Positions 10,133-22,645 of a DNA stretch of 36,192 bases are shown here, in pieces; position 1 is the stretch's first letter, and each line of letters starts with the position of its first letter. Source of the stretch: Jimgerdemannia flammicorona (lineage: Eukaryota). The stretch covers positions 1 to 36,192 of the forward strand of contig RBNJ01000227.1 of the NCBI GenBank assembly GCA_003990765.1, given 5' to 3'. Position numbers and translations under genes: made by a program. A model generated the notes under the pieces. That model was not told the DNA's origin and made no database searches. It was given only the letters and a program-made list of their open reading frames with translations.

Positions 10133-13100
10133 CTATCCAATCCCCACAGGGGGGCCCCTCCCTACTTCCTCACAAATGAAAATTACCCTTTCACCAACTA
10201 CCTCAACTCGCCTCCCACTTTGCCCACAGATTTTCTCCACCAAGCAGCACCTCCGACCACCCCACATCCCCCAACCCAGCCACCAGTCTGTTAAGGTGTC
10301 TTCCATAAGCCTATGCCACCACAGCAACCAGTCCCCTAAGCTCTGTCTCCTCCCATCCTCAAAAACAAATAGCCAATGACTGGCCAGCCTCACCCAAATA
10401 GCCAAAGCCCAACCCAAAGTAAGCCACTCCTTCCCTATCCCCCCTACCAATCTATCCCTCAAGTTCTCCCACTGCCCCTGTACTCCATCACCCCTACCCC
10501 ATACCCCCAAGCAATCCCCAATTGTCTGCCAAAAATCCCCCAACACCTCACACTCTCCTAGCCAATGTTCTGGCATCTGTACATAACCCCCCTCCTGCCC
10601 TACATTATGGTACTCCTCACAGTCAAAGCAACCCCCTATGACAAGGTGCCCCAAGCAAAAGTTGAGCATAATATTCCTCTGCAGCATGCACCACCAGATC
10701 TCCCAGTACTTTGGCGGCAGCCACGTTCTCACTGCAGCACTCCAGGTCCAAACACCATACCAGTTCCACTCTTCACCAATTCCAACTCCTTGCCAACTGC
10801 TAGGCCACAGATCCTGGCCTGGTCCCCTTTGGCATTCCATTTTATTACCAATGTCGAACTCAATTAAAGGAGTGCCACCCAGCAGTATATGATCCCATCT
10901 CCACATTGCCAGGTCCCAATCCTCCTCTCCTTCATTCCCCTGCCAATGAATACCAATGCAGTGTACCCCTTCAGCAATCCCCCACCAAAATCCTTTATAT
11001 CACAGTTGGGCAGTGTTCTGAAGCCCAACCAAGGAGAGGAGATTGCCAGTTGAGCCCCTTGGCAATGTCTGCCTCTCCCATATCTTCTGTAGCAGAGGCA
11101 CCCATCCACCTTCTCTCAACTCCACCACTCTCTTCAGCCACCATGCTCTCAAGCAGTGTAACCATTTTGGAAAGTCAACCAGCCCAAGACTACCTCTTGC
11201 CACTGGTAGGGACAAGGTCTCCCAACTAATCTGACTCTACCTGCCAGCCCAGATCCATCTCTTTGCCAACTTCATCAATCTCTTCACCACCTAAGCCGAG
11301 AAGTCCAGATAATATGCCAGGTACCACAACTTTAGCAGCCAGTAGACATTCAAAATTGAGACCCACCCTGCTAGAGAAAAATGTCTTTCCCCCCAACTCT
11401 GCAGGGCCTCCTCCCAGATTCCAATTCTCTGCTCCCACCAAAGCCTGGGCAGAACTGATCCATAGACTGATAAGTAGATACCTAAGTACCATACTGCTTC
11501 ACTGGTGGGGACAATTGTTCCTATAACTTCCCCTCCCACCAGGCCATTGCCTAGCACCATTGTCTCACACTTATGCCAATTCAGCTTAGCTCCAGAGTAC
11601 TCCTCATACCACTCCACAGTCTTCTTGAGCTCCTCAATATCAGCAATCGACCCCAAACCCACCACCATGTCATCAGCAAAGGCCCCAACTTTCCATCCTA
11701 TGCCAAAGACAGAGAGCCCTGCTATCCTCTACCTAATTCAGTCCATAAGGGGTTCTAGGGAAAGAGCATACAAAATGGGAGACAGTGGATCCCCCTAGGG
11801 CACCCCCCTACCCAAGGGGAATGCTACCCCTCTATATCCATTACATGTGAGTGCAGCCCTACTCCCTTCCAGTAGGCTGACCATTGCTGACCAGAATTAT
11901 TGCAGAACCCTCATTCTATCTAAAACTTTCGCCAGCCAGACTCTTCGCACCCGGTCATATGCCTTCTCCTGGTCCAAGAAGACTAGATGCCCATCCAGTC
12001 CACAGGCCCTTGCTCCTTTGATAATGCCATGCACCCAGGCAGTGCCATCCCTGATGAGCTGACCACCCACAAATCCCCTCTGCTCAACACCCATAACTTG
12101 CTGGGCCACCTTCTATAGTCTTGCCACCACTACCTTAGTTACCAACTTTTTGTCCATATCTAGCAACATTATCAGCCACCAGTTCTTCCAATCCTCCCAC
12201 CTTCCTTTGTTTTTATAAAGCAGTATCACCAGCCCAAGGTCCTGCTCCCCCACCCACCTCCCTGTCTGTAGAATAAGGTCGCACAATGCTGTCATCTCTC
12301 CCATTACCCCTGGAACTCCAACCATTCGCTTCCAAAAGTCCCAGGGCAGACCATCCTCCCCAGGTGCCATACCTGGTGTTGTCGTGGTAAGAACCTAGTG
12401 GATCTCATCCTCCTGTACAGGCATCACCAGGTCCCCTAGCCCTTCGACTTGTGGTGGGTACCAATCCTCCAATGTTCATTCAATTGTAGCAGCATCTATC
12501 CCACCCTCCTCCTCACTTCACAATCCACTCCATCTCTCCTTCAGCAATCCAAGAATGTCCTGTACACTATGCACCAGTATACCATTGGAGTCCAATACCC
12601 CTTCCCACCATTGCTGTACTCACCTTGCCCTAAGGGCCCTTGTAAGAAGCTTGGAAGGCCTCTCTCTGTCCTCCAGATCCTGCTAGTGAAGACATGCTAC
12701 CAAGCTCTGTACCCTTGCCTCTTCCTCCTCCCACAGCACCTGTTGAAGTTCCCCAACCTCCATTTTCGCCCTCATTAATCTCCAATCTTCTTCTCCCTCC
12801 AATATTGTCAGCCTTGTCCACTCCTCCAGGAGCCTCATCAATCTAGCAGAGGCCCAATACACTCTTTACCTTCACTGCTTCCCTGCCTTCTTGCCAGCCT
12901 CCCTCTAGTAAATCCTGGCCATTTCTTTCATCCTCATCCACTGAGTCCCAACTGAGGCCCCTTCCTGCCTCCAGTTCTCCACCCTCAGCTGAATGTCTTT
13001 AGCCCACTCATCCCACCAGGTCTTGTCATCTAACAAAGAGAAATTGAGGTGCCAATGTCCAGGCCCATCCCCACTTCCCCCAAAGCACTCCTGTCTCAGA

Positions 13101-13789
13101 AGCCCCCAGTGATCCAACCATGGACACCATTCCACCTCCAGTGACTTCCAAACATCTAGTCCCCAGCAGCAGGCCATCAAAATCTAGTTGATTCTAGTCC
13201 CCAGACCCCCTGCCCAATGTGTATAGACTCTCCTATTCCCCCAGCACTCCCTTCCAGCATCTAATAGTGCACTTAGTCTTTCTACTTTCTCCTATGCCAC
13301 CAGTCCTCCACTCCTGCTCTCAGCACCTCATCCTCCATCTATTCTATCCAACAGTATGTCCCAAACCATATTGAAATCTCCCCCAAGCATATCCACCCCA
13401 GCCTCTGCAAGTAATTTACTCTTCTGTAAGCCTTTCACCCAATCTACTCTCTCACTCTATACCACAGGGCAGTAGCAGGAGCCAACCATAACTGGCTCCC
13501 AGCCTGCCTGAATCCACTCTCCCCAGACCAGTCTCTCCCTCCAGCACCATACATTCTGTATCTCCCCTCTGTCTTTCCTCACCAAAATCCCAACCTTGCC
13601 CTTCCAAATCACCACACCTCTCCATTTCTTCATCCATTTCATCCTATCAGAGTCATCTTTGCACCAGACATCCTGCAAGAGGAAGAGATCGGCCTCCAAT
13701 TCCTTCATCCAAGTAAAAATATTCCTACGTCAAGAAGCGCCCCATAACCCATTTATGTTCAAAGAGAAAATGTAGGTTGTACTGTTCAT
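10133..13789 (-). pseudogene. LINE ORF2: APE endonuclease - reverse transcriptase - C-terminal Cys/His motif (spans 1219 codons, many stops)
   Basis: FSLNING, DLFLLQD, GGDFN, GPGHWHLNFSLL; PGEDGLP, QRGFV, LDQEKAYDRV, GDPLSP, FADD (~11669-11680), YLG; CFDC...EHWLGEC. The main track fragments share one frame with the ATG at 13789. Confidence 0.92.
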
Positions 13790-13822
13790 AATGATGATAT
13801 ATGTTATGTTGTCAATTAGTCT

Positions 13823-15844
13823 CTACTGCTCCATGCTCATCTCCTCCTGCACCTTGTCCAGATTATGTTCCACAGCCACCTCCTCCTCTTCTGCCCTCTG
13901 AGCCTCCAATCCAGCCAGCAGTTCAGTCATCTCGCCATCTGCCTTCTCCTCAAACTTCTCTTGGTATTTGATGCATGCCTTCTGCAAGAGCTGTAGTCCA
14001 TGATACTTATTCCAGCAGTATTCAGCCCTCTCTCCAGCAATGACCGCCATCTCTACCTCCCTCTCCTTATCTACCTCATACCCTTCCTCCTCCAGATACA
14101 CTGCAAGAATTTCCACCTTCAATGCTCTCATGATGCCATCCCCCTACAGTATCTCTGCCCAATGTTCATCACTTATCACTCACAAGTCCACTTCCCCCAA
14201 CTCTTCCGCTGCCAGGTTATTCATCATCCAGCATATCCAAAGCAAGTTCCCCACCTCTTTTCCCCCCAGAGTCACTGGCCTCTCTCCATCCAACATTGTG
14301 GTGTCAGCTCCAGCACTTGCAGACTCATCCCATACCTCCGGGACATCTACTAGTTCCTCCTCACCAGCTGCCATCACCTGTCCTCCATATGTCACCTCCA
14401 GAACTCCAAATTGCACCCTCTGGGCCCCTCGCATTGGCACATCTTCTACCACCCTGTTCCGGGAAGCCAGGCCATGCCTGATGAGCAGGGTAGGGGTAGG
14501 GGAGCCCCCCCAGTCCTTCTCCCAAACCTCCAGTATACCATCCACATACAGGTTCTTCCTAGCCTTCTCCTTGTCCTCCCCCACCTCCTCCTTGTCCTTC
14601 CCCTTCCCCTTGCCAGCCCAGACACTTGCTTCAGTACCCCCTGTGCCCTTCACCTTGCTCGCCTCTCCCAGTGGTCTGCTATCCAGCTTGGCCAGCAACT
14701 TCTTCTGTCTCTTATGCCCCTGAGCCCTTTCCCACTGCTCCTTGGTCACTCGAATCCACTTTCCATCCACCACCTCCAAGTGTGTCGACTCCACAAAGGC
14801 CTCTCAAGCCTTCACTCGCCTCTCTACAGTATCACCCAGCTCTTCTAGTGCTTCCAATAAATCCTCCTCCTCCTCCTCACTCCCCTTCACCTTTGTCACC
14901 TTATACAGGATTGCTCTCCAGACCATCGCCGAAGGCCAGTCCCTTGCCTTTCCAGTGGCTTCTTTCCCAGCCAGCTGAATTCTCACATCCACGTCATCAG
15001 TCTGGAGCAAGGTCCCTTCCCAGACCCTGAATCTGATATCCACCACCTCTCTATATTCTGCCATAAAATCCTCAACTCTCTTCCTTATCTCTATCACCAT
15101 CACCATCGGCACTCCTTTCACCAGCAGTTGGACCACCCTGGGGTCCCACTTCAGGCACCGCACCATTGGAACACACACCTCCCCAACCACCAATCTAACC
15201 TTCAGCACCTCCTCCAGTGGTGCTACCTCCTCAAAACCCACCTCCACTCCTTCCAGTCCCTTCAAAAACTTCACAGATGCAGCTCCTGCCACCTGCTTTG
15301 CAATGAGCCCCAGTACCATTTTCGCCATCACCACTAGGCCCTGGAAGCATAGTGTGACTGCGAATGCTGAAATCGATTTTTTGAGTAATGGGGCCACCAC
15401 CAGACCCATTACACCATCTGCCAAGTCCCCTTGTCTTCTAAGCCTCAGCCACTCAGCACCATCAGCCATCATATCTGGATTTTTTTCCAGATTGACAGTT
15501 CCACCACCATCAGCAGTCACACCCCCCCCAGCTGCTACTCCCCCTGCTCCACTGCCCCCCCTTCCAAGGACCACTCCCCCCTGCACTGTCACCTTCTCGG
15601 TCTCCTTGCCCTTCCTCAGCCAGCCCTCCAGCCCTGACGCCTGCTGTCTCCCCTTCACCATCTCTGCAAAGCTCACCCTCCCAGATCCTGATCCTCCACC
15701 ACCTCCTCTACCCCTTCCACATCTACCCACTAGCAGGCCCCTCATACCCCCTCCCAGGCCTGGACCCCTCCCCACCTGCTGCCAGTTGAAAGCACTTAGG
15801 CCACCCTGCCCAGTATGTACCTCAGGTTGCCTGTCAGTTGCTAT
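13823..15844 (-). pseudogene. LINE ORF1 (Gly-rich N-terminus, probable RRM-like middle, acidic C-terminus; ~674 codons with stops)
   Basis: Track ORFs 14804..15775, 14180..14794 and 13823..14131 share one frame; probable start ATA (ex-ATG) at 15844; sits 5' of ORF2. Confidence 0.75.
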
Positions 15845-16122
15845 GATATTAGTCTCTTTTCGCCAAAAATGATATTAAAAGTGCCTTCCAAAGGTTGTAT
15901 AACTTGAATGGTACTGGAAAGAGCCCATATTGTGCTGCTACTATAGTTTCTTGATCCTTCTTTTATATTTCTCAAGATGTCTATACTGTGGTTACAATGA
16001 CTCACAGTGGATCATAATTGCTCATCTTGTATGCTGTATGATCTTCTTATGCTCCAATCTAGTAACTTGTAAGGAAAGGCTGTCTCCTGTACTGATGTCA
16101 TCATTCTGGAGTCACTGTTATA

Positions 16123-16132
16123 TCTTCCTCCT
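16123..16132 (-). other. Polypurine tract of element A (AGGAGGAAGA)
   Basis: Directly abuts the LTR start at 16122; same arrangement at 4457-4466. Confidence 0.8.
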
Positions 16133-16435
16133 GAATAAGGATCTTCTTGAGTATCCTTATTCATTAGTCTAGTCCTGAAAAATTTACTGATCCCATAACC
16201 TCTAGCAAGGGGTTGAAAAGTATTATTTATGGGCTAATGTCTTCTCTATGTATTTTGGCATGATGGTGAAGAGTTGCTCTCTTCATATAGAGCAAGGGCC
16301 TGATTCTGATCTTGATCAATCAGTTGATGGTTTGAACTTCTCTGGCTTCAAAAGTCTCATAGATGAGTAGTTGCTAGTACTGTATCCCTTAGAGAATGGT
16401 CCAGACAGATAGCCTGCTGGTCACAGAATATGCTG

Positions 16436-19400
16436 TTATGATTCGCAGACTAGAACCTCATGGGCAGTTATCTAGTTTTGCTTCTCTTATATAGGTTTAT
16501 GGTACTTCTTGAGTCTGTTCCTGTATACTATGGTAGGCAGTATAGTCTCTGAGATTTTTCTAAGCTAGAAGGTAGTTTCCTTGATATCTTGTATATAGAG
16601 GGTCCTTTCCATTTGTACTTCAGTTTTCATAACCATGAGGCTTCTACCATATTTCAATATAGTAGGACCTTTTCTTCGATTTGAATGGGTTCTAGGGTCT
16701 TGTGATTCTTTTCTGCATTTTTTCTTATCAGTACTTGTGACTTGATGATGTGATCTTCAGCCTTCTTTCTGATTTGGTGTAGTCTCCAGATTTCTGCATT
16801 GACCCATCTCCAAGTTAAGTCTAGATTTGTGGCTGAGGTTCTATCAGAATCTTCTTCTCTGAAGAGCAGTTCTCTTGGAGTAAAGTGTGTGCTCTGTGAC
16901 TATATGTCTCATAGGACAGAGAGGGCAGTTGGGAGGTAGTTATCCTAATTCTCATATGTCTCTGAGATTTTCATCAGGATGTTCTTGAGGGTCTTGTTGG
17001 TTCTTTCTATCTGTCCATTTCCTTGAGGGTAGTATGCAGTGGTCTTGATGTGCTGAATCTTGTATTTCTGATACATTATCTCATAAAATCTATTGACAAA
17101 TTCTGTACTGCAGTCTGTGGTGATTTGCCTTGGTGTCTTGTAGTGGCAGATGATTTCTCAGTATAAGAAGTCAGCTATAGAGAGAACATTGGTTTCTTAT
17201 AATGCTCTTGCTTCTATCTATTTGGTAAAGAGGTCTATAATAACTATAATATAGCAGTTTCCTGATATTGTTACTAATAGTGGCTCAATGATATCTATTG
17301 TGATATGGTGGAAGGGGATAGGCTCAATTCTTGATGACCTAGATATCTGGTCTTACTGATCTTGTTTCTGTTTTTGACACTTATCATACCCTTTGACAAA
17401 TTGGCATAGGTCTTCTTTTATTTTGGACCACCACATAGTTCTTCTTGCCTTATTGTATGTATTGGTTCCTCTTAGGTATCCTTGCTTATGTACTTCTTTC
17501 ATTACTTGATACTTCTTGTATTCAGATATTACTAGTTTTTCTCCTTTTCTGAGTATAGTGTTATCTAGTTCAAACTATTTCTAAGTCTAGTTGATGATAG
17601 TGATTGTCCAGGGTTTGAGGTGGTTGGGCATCTTCTGCTGCCTAAGATAGCTGATTAATTTATAGTATAACTCCTTATTCATATTGAATAGTCTTGATGG
17701 GGGTGTTTCAGAGTATCCTTGAGAGTATATCAGCATTAGTATTAGTTCTTTCTAAGCAGTACTTGACAGTACAGTCATACTCTTGCAGCCTGTAGATCTA
17801 TCTGATATATATTCCTTTGGGGTTCAGAGTGTGGAATAGCCAGGCAAGAGCAGAATGGTCTGTTTGAATAGTGAAGTGTTTTCTGGCTAGGTAGTAGTGG
17901 AACTTGTCTACTATCTAAACTACTGCTAAGCATTTGAGCTTACATGACTTGTAGTTCTGTTTTGCTCTGTAGGTACCTCAGCTTACATAGGAGATGACAT
18001 ATTTATGTCTATCTTTCTTCTGAGCTAAGACTGCTCCAAGTCCTATAGTACTCACATCTATTTGTAGGATGAATTCTAGGTTCCAATCTGGTCTTCTGAG
18101 GATAGGTGCTTGGGTCAATCTAGTCTTGAGTTTATTGAAGATTTCTTGGCATTTCTTGGTCCATTTGAATTTGGTCTCCTTCTTCAGTAGCTTGTAGATA
18201 GGTGCTATAATATTGGAGTATCCTTTAATGAATCTTCTGTAGTAGGAGGCTAGTCTAAGAAAGGCATGGACTTCTATAGTTGTTCTGGGTCTTGGGTAGG
18301 CTGCAATAGTCTTGATCTTCATGGAGTCTGTATAGATTCTAGTTTAGTTGATGAGGTGTCCTAGGTAGGCAATTTTCTGAGTAGCAAACTTGCATTTCTT
18401 GGGCTTGATGTAGAGGCCATACTCCTTGAGCTTCTTGAGGGCTAGCTGTATGTGATTGATATGTTCTCATGCAGTATTGCTGAAGATGATCACAATATCA
18501 ATATAGACAAAGAGCCATTTTTCAATCTTGTTACTGAAGACTCTGTTTATCAATTACTGAAAACTTACTAGGGCATTACACATTCCAAACAGTATTTGCA
18601 GGTAGATATAGGTGGCATCAGGTATGATGAAGGCTGATTTCTCACTGGTATCTTGAGTGAGACCAATCTGATGGAAGCCTGAGAATAGATCTAAGGTGGT
18701 ATAGTATTTGGCTTCACTTTCAAAGAGTGGTAAGGATTTCTTGAATATTTGGTAAGGGCTGCCTATCCTTCTTAATGATTGTATTGAGCTTCCTGTAATT
18801 AATGCAGAGTCTTAGTACAAACTCTCCAGGCTTGCTTCCTTTTTTTGAGGCAAGGATAATGGGTGAAGCCTAGGGACTGATAGCTTGCTTGATAATTCTG
18901 GCTTCTTTCATTTCCTTGAGTTCTGCTCACAGCCATTCTCTGTAGGCAGGTGGTATAGGTCTGGCTTTCTGATAGATGGGCTTGGTATTATCAGTGTCAA
19001 CTTCATGATAGTACTTGGGTTCTTGATTATAGATATCCCTGAAGTCTATAGCAAGTACTCCTTTATTCTGGTGTAAGAACTTGAGAAGTTATTCTTTTAG
19101 AGAAAAGTTTTCTCCAATAGTATATATATACTTGTTTTGGTCCCTGTCTTTCTTGTACTTAAGTTTGGTGATCTTGGTGGCAGTATAGGCTCCTCTTCCA
19201 GTAGATCCAAAGTCTTGTTCTCCTCTCTTAGTCTTGATGAGTTTGATGGCTTCAGTGATCTTGAGCTTCTTAATTTCATAGATCAGTATCTGGCCAATTC
19301 TGTCATACTTCTTGACTTCAAATAGAGTGATGGGGTTGTGATTCCTAACTATGAGGAAGATCTTGCCAGTGTAATCAGAGTCAATTACTCCTCCTTCAAC

Positions 19401-19453
19401 TGAGATTTCACTTTTGGCCAGACTGCTCCTAGTCTTAATAATTCTAGTATAGT
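16436..19453 (-). pseudogene. pol: Element A pol, 3' part: dUTPase C-half - RT - RNase H - integrase (no chromodomain)
   Basis: TRSSLAK, GGVIDSDYTG, DRIGQ, RGEQDFGSTG; decayed YIDD near 18495-18505; FLRLASYYRRFIKGYS; LQIDVSTIGLGAVL, QTDHSAL; TTAYYPQGNGQIERTN; KWKGP and VYRNRLKKY; stop at 16436-16438. Confidence 0.9.
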
Positions 19454-20260
19454 TGTAATAGAATGAGCGAACAGATGGGATGCAATGAGATGAACAATCA
19501 TGTGACCCGGCGATGACATCATCATATGATCAAGCATGGCATATGGATAACGAGTGATGAATGATGTAAATGAACAACACAGAAAATGATATTTAGCTTA
19601 TCCCTGACAACCAGCACTGCAGCAACAATTGCCATAGCTACTGATCATTGCTTAGTAATTGAGGTCCTGATCACAAAGACATTTTTTACCAAAAACCACC
19701 TGACAAAGGTCATAATCACAAACCTCATTATAGTTACCAAATTAGTCACTCATACTTAGTCAGAAATTGCAGACCAACTTGTATAAATACCCCCCAGTTT
19801 CCATCTGAAATAAAGCAGTTTTAGTTTAGTCCTTGATACTAGAATCAAGTCCCCCCCATACACACACATTCCCCTGAGTCTTAGTAATGACATCTAAGTG
19901 ACTCTAGTGTTTCTGACTAAACTCCAGAAGCCTAGCTAACTTCTGCCAGAACTGAGACTGGTATATAAATCCCCAAAGACTTAAGTAAACCCATTGAACC
20001 TGAATTTCAAGGCAAATTCAGTCTGTGCACAACAAAGAACAAGACCCTCGAAATAGGGCACAAGAGAAAGACCTTTGAAACAGAAGGCAAACTAGAGAAA
20101 GACCTTTGAAAGATAAGGCACTGCTGCTACAACTACTTTAAGTGAGCACTTCCTCAAACTGAAGGCTTCTTGGTACACATTGTGTACTAAGTCCCTAAGT
20201 AATAGTTCACTTCCCTAATTATTCAAAGAATAAGAGGGGGTAGAAGTGAGAGTTATTACA
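19454..20260 (+). repeat. 5' LTR of B (807 bp)
   Basis: Direct repeat of 27835-28611; TATAAATA 19782-19789; AATAAA 19809-19814. Confidence 0.95.
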
Positions 20261-20263
20261 ACT

Positions 20264-20275
20264 TAGTAGCAGCGG
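20264..20275 (+). other. Primer-binding site of B, probably initiator tRNA-Met (TAGTAGCAGCGG, ex-TGGTAGC...)
   Basis: 3 nt after the LTR end. TGGTAGC is complementary to the ...GCUACCA 3' end of eukaryotic tRNAi-Met; element C retains TGGTAGC. Confidence 0.7.
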
Positions 20276-21964
20276 ATTACCAGCCAAGAAGGCACCAAAT
20301 AACACACTCCTGAAGTTGGAATAAGACCAACCTTGGACAGGAGTAATCCCCAGAATCAACTGTGGATCCTCAAACCAGAGCTAGAGAAGCCCTTGCCATT
20401 AGGACCAGGTAGTACCAGGAAACCACAGACCCAAGAACCCATCAGCTTGTAATTGACCAGACTTACAAGAATCTATACCAGGTCTTTAGGACATACCACC
20501 CAGGACTTAGGAATATTGTTAGCCACCGTAGGTTCTACGAACTCCTATGAGGACACATTGGAACCACTAGGACCCCAGAATCTACTGCTGCAGCCACCCA
20601 GGATTTTTTAGATTATATCACACCCCCTGCTATAAGAGAAGCAGCTGCTGAGTGGATTGCCTCTGACAGATATCATCATACCCCTACCAAGACCTCCCTC
20701 TACTATTGGCTAGTTGTATACTATGCCTCTGCCATAACTAGGTACATATGAGAATGAGCAAGCAGGCCATCCATCCCCTACTGCTGAACAAGAAGCAGGT
20801 CCATCTACCCAGCCAGAGACTGATATCCTCTTTGAAGGACCTAGTCAGTATGAGGACACACTATCTCATCAGAGAAGAGAGTCAGATGAAGACTCTACAG
20901 GTTACCAGTCTGACAATAGCCAATGAGGAACAGCAGGCCTAGGAATTTACCAAGGAACTACAGGTCAAGAAGATCAGACCCCAGAACCAATCCAGCCACC
21001 TACACAGAGGTTTGGTTTACCCTCTCTCATAGGACTCTTTGACTTAATATCCAGGAACTAAGTAACCCCAAGTCATATAGCACTACAACCCCACCAAGCA
21101 GAACAATCTTCAGGAGAATCTACCTCAACAGGCCCACTACTACTAGTCAACACAATAGTAGATATCAACATTACAGTACTGACCACCCAGCTAGCAGCAC
21201 TAGCAGGGATAGTAGGACAGATTGCTGAACAGAACAAACCAACCAAGACCTTGCAAATTCCAACATTTAGTGGAAAAAACAGTGACATTGAAAACTTCAT
21301 CAATGCAGTTGATACAGGCAACCGAGCAAACCAATAGAATGACAACCGAGTACCTATAGGAATGCTCACCAACAACCAGAACAGCACCCTTTAACAGCTG
21401 TTTGCCACATCAGCAGCACAAGTAGAAACAGTAGCCACATTCTTCACTGGAACAGCAGCCAAATTCTGGTGAACCTTGGAATAACACCCAGTAACCTGGG
21501 AAGCCTGCCCTCAAGTCAATAGACAAGTATCTGGCAATAATAGACCAGGTTGGGATGACTACAAAGCAAGCCCCGGACTCAAGGTCTTGCTACTAACCAA
21601 ATTGCGAAATGCAGCCTACATACAAGAAACTTGGAACAAACTGTCCCAGATGAAGTTCCACAAGAATGGTGAAGAAGATCTAGAGACCTTTGCCACCAGA
21701 ATGGATGCATATCTCAAAACAGTTGGACTTACCTACCAGGAGAACAATTTGGCCATCAATGGTATCAGAGCCAATCATCTCTTTATAGCCCTACCAGACT
21801 GGCTCACCCAGAAGATCAAGGAACAAGATCTTCCCCAAGGATGCCCCCACTACTCATGGTGCTTTGCCCAAGTACAAAGAAGAGCCTGCAAAATCCTTGC
21901 TGCACAAGCTCCACGAAATCAAGAACACAAGAAAGATATCCAAGATAGGAGAAATCCTACCAGG

Positions 21965-22030
21965 AGAAATGATCAAAGAAATGATCAAAGGAATGACCAA
22001 AGATATGATCAAAGATATGATCAAAGGAAC
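21965..22030 (+). repeat. 12-bp coding tandem repeat in B gag (RNDQ/RYDQ x5)
   Basis: AGAAATGATCAA-type units repeated in frame. Confidence 0.85.
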
Positions 22031-22229
22031 CAGCAAAACCCCAGAGGTCCCAGACCTCCCACTGAGAATAAGAAGAAGCAGCTCCATGAAAAAGGATTGT
22101 GCTTCATCTGCAAGAAGGCAGGACACATCTCAGTCAAATGCCCCAAGAAGAGAAACAGATCAGGTGAACCCAGTAACCAGAACATTACTGTCATTGGAGA
22201 AGGTCCAGGAAAGAAGAACCCCAAGAATG

Positions 22230-22645
22230 TCATCAAAGTACAGAAGATATGGTACAAGGCTACCATCCCCACTAAGGCCCACCCAACTGATGCTGGATAT
22301 GATCTTTATAGTAGCCAAGACCTCACCATCCCACCAAGCACCAATGCTACAGTGCGAATAGAAATTGCAATGCAAGCTCTCAAAGGAACATACATCTGCC
22401 TTGCTGAACAAAGCAGCCTAGCCAAAGAGTTCAACATTGGGCTAGGAGGAGGAGTAGTTGACCAAGAATTTACTGGTGAAATCTGTGTCATCTTGTGAAA
22501 TTTTGGAGACACATCATTTGAAGTCAAAGCAGGCCAAAGAATTGCCCAAGCAATCATTGAAAAAATCCATCAAGATCTCACTATTGAAGAAGTCTCTGAA
22601 CTCTCCCAGACAGATCGTGGCAAGAAAGGGTTTGGATCTATCAAT
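22230..22645 (+). pseudogene. dut: dUTPase domain of B (between nucleocapsid knuckle and protease)
   Basis: All five trimeric dUTPase motifs are recognisable; motif 2 RSS is decayed to QSS and there is one TGA. Confidence 0.9.

Larger units (their letters stand above)
10059..15932 (-). mobile_element. Full-length non-LTR retrotransposon, L1/Tx1-like (~5.9 kb)
   Basis: Poly(A) tail (T-run 10056-10070); TSD TGCTGCTACTATAGTTT at 10042-10058 and 15933-15949 (14-17 bp, ambiguous with the tail); the empty site is visible near 393-412; two ORFs. Confidence 0.93.
8638..16122 (-). repeat. 3' LTR of element A (~1.6 kb once the LINE is removed: 16122-15950 plus 10058-8638)
   Basis: Begins TATAAC (TGTAAC decayed) right after the PPT and ends GTGACA; colinear with the other two family-A LTR copies. 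Confidence 0.85.

Noticed and set aside
10176..15872. Many Pro/Ser-rich plus-strand ORFs up to 227 aa
   Set aside because: Antisense shadows of the G-rich LINE ORFs; C-rich sequence has few stop codons.
15845..15932. Possible HDV-like ribozyme in the LINE 5' UTR (short hairpins followed by CTAA)
   Set aside because: I could not build the nested double pseudoknot by eye; needs a consensus and a covariance-model search.
22230..22645. dUTPase as a host or viral gene
   Set aside because: In frame within gag-pol in B and embedded in pol in A and C; it is a retroelement domain.
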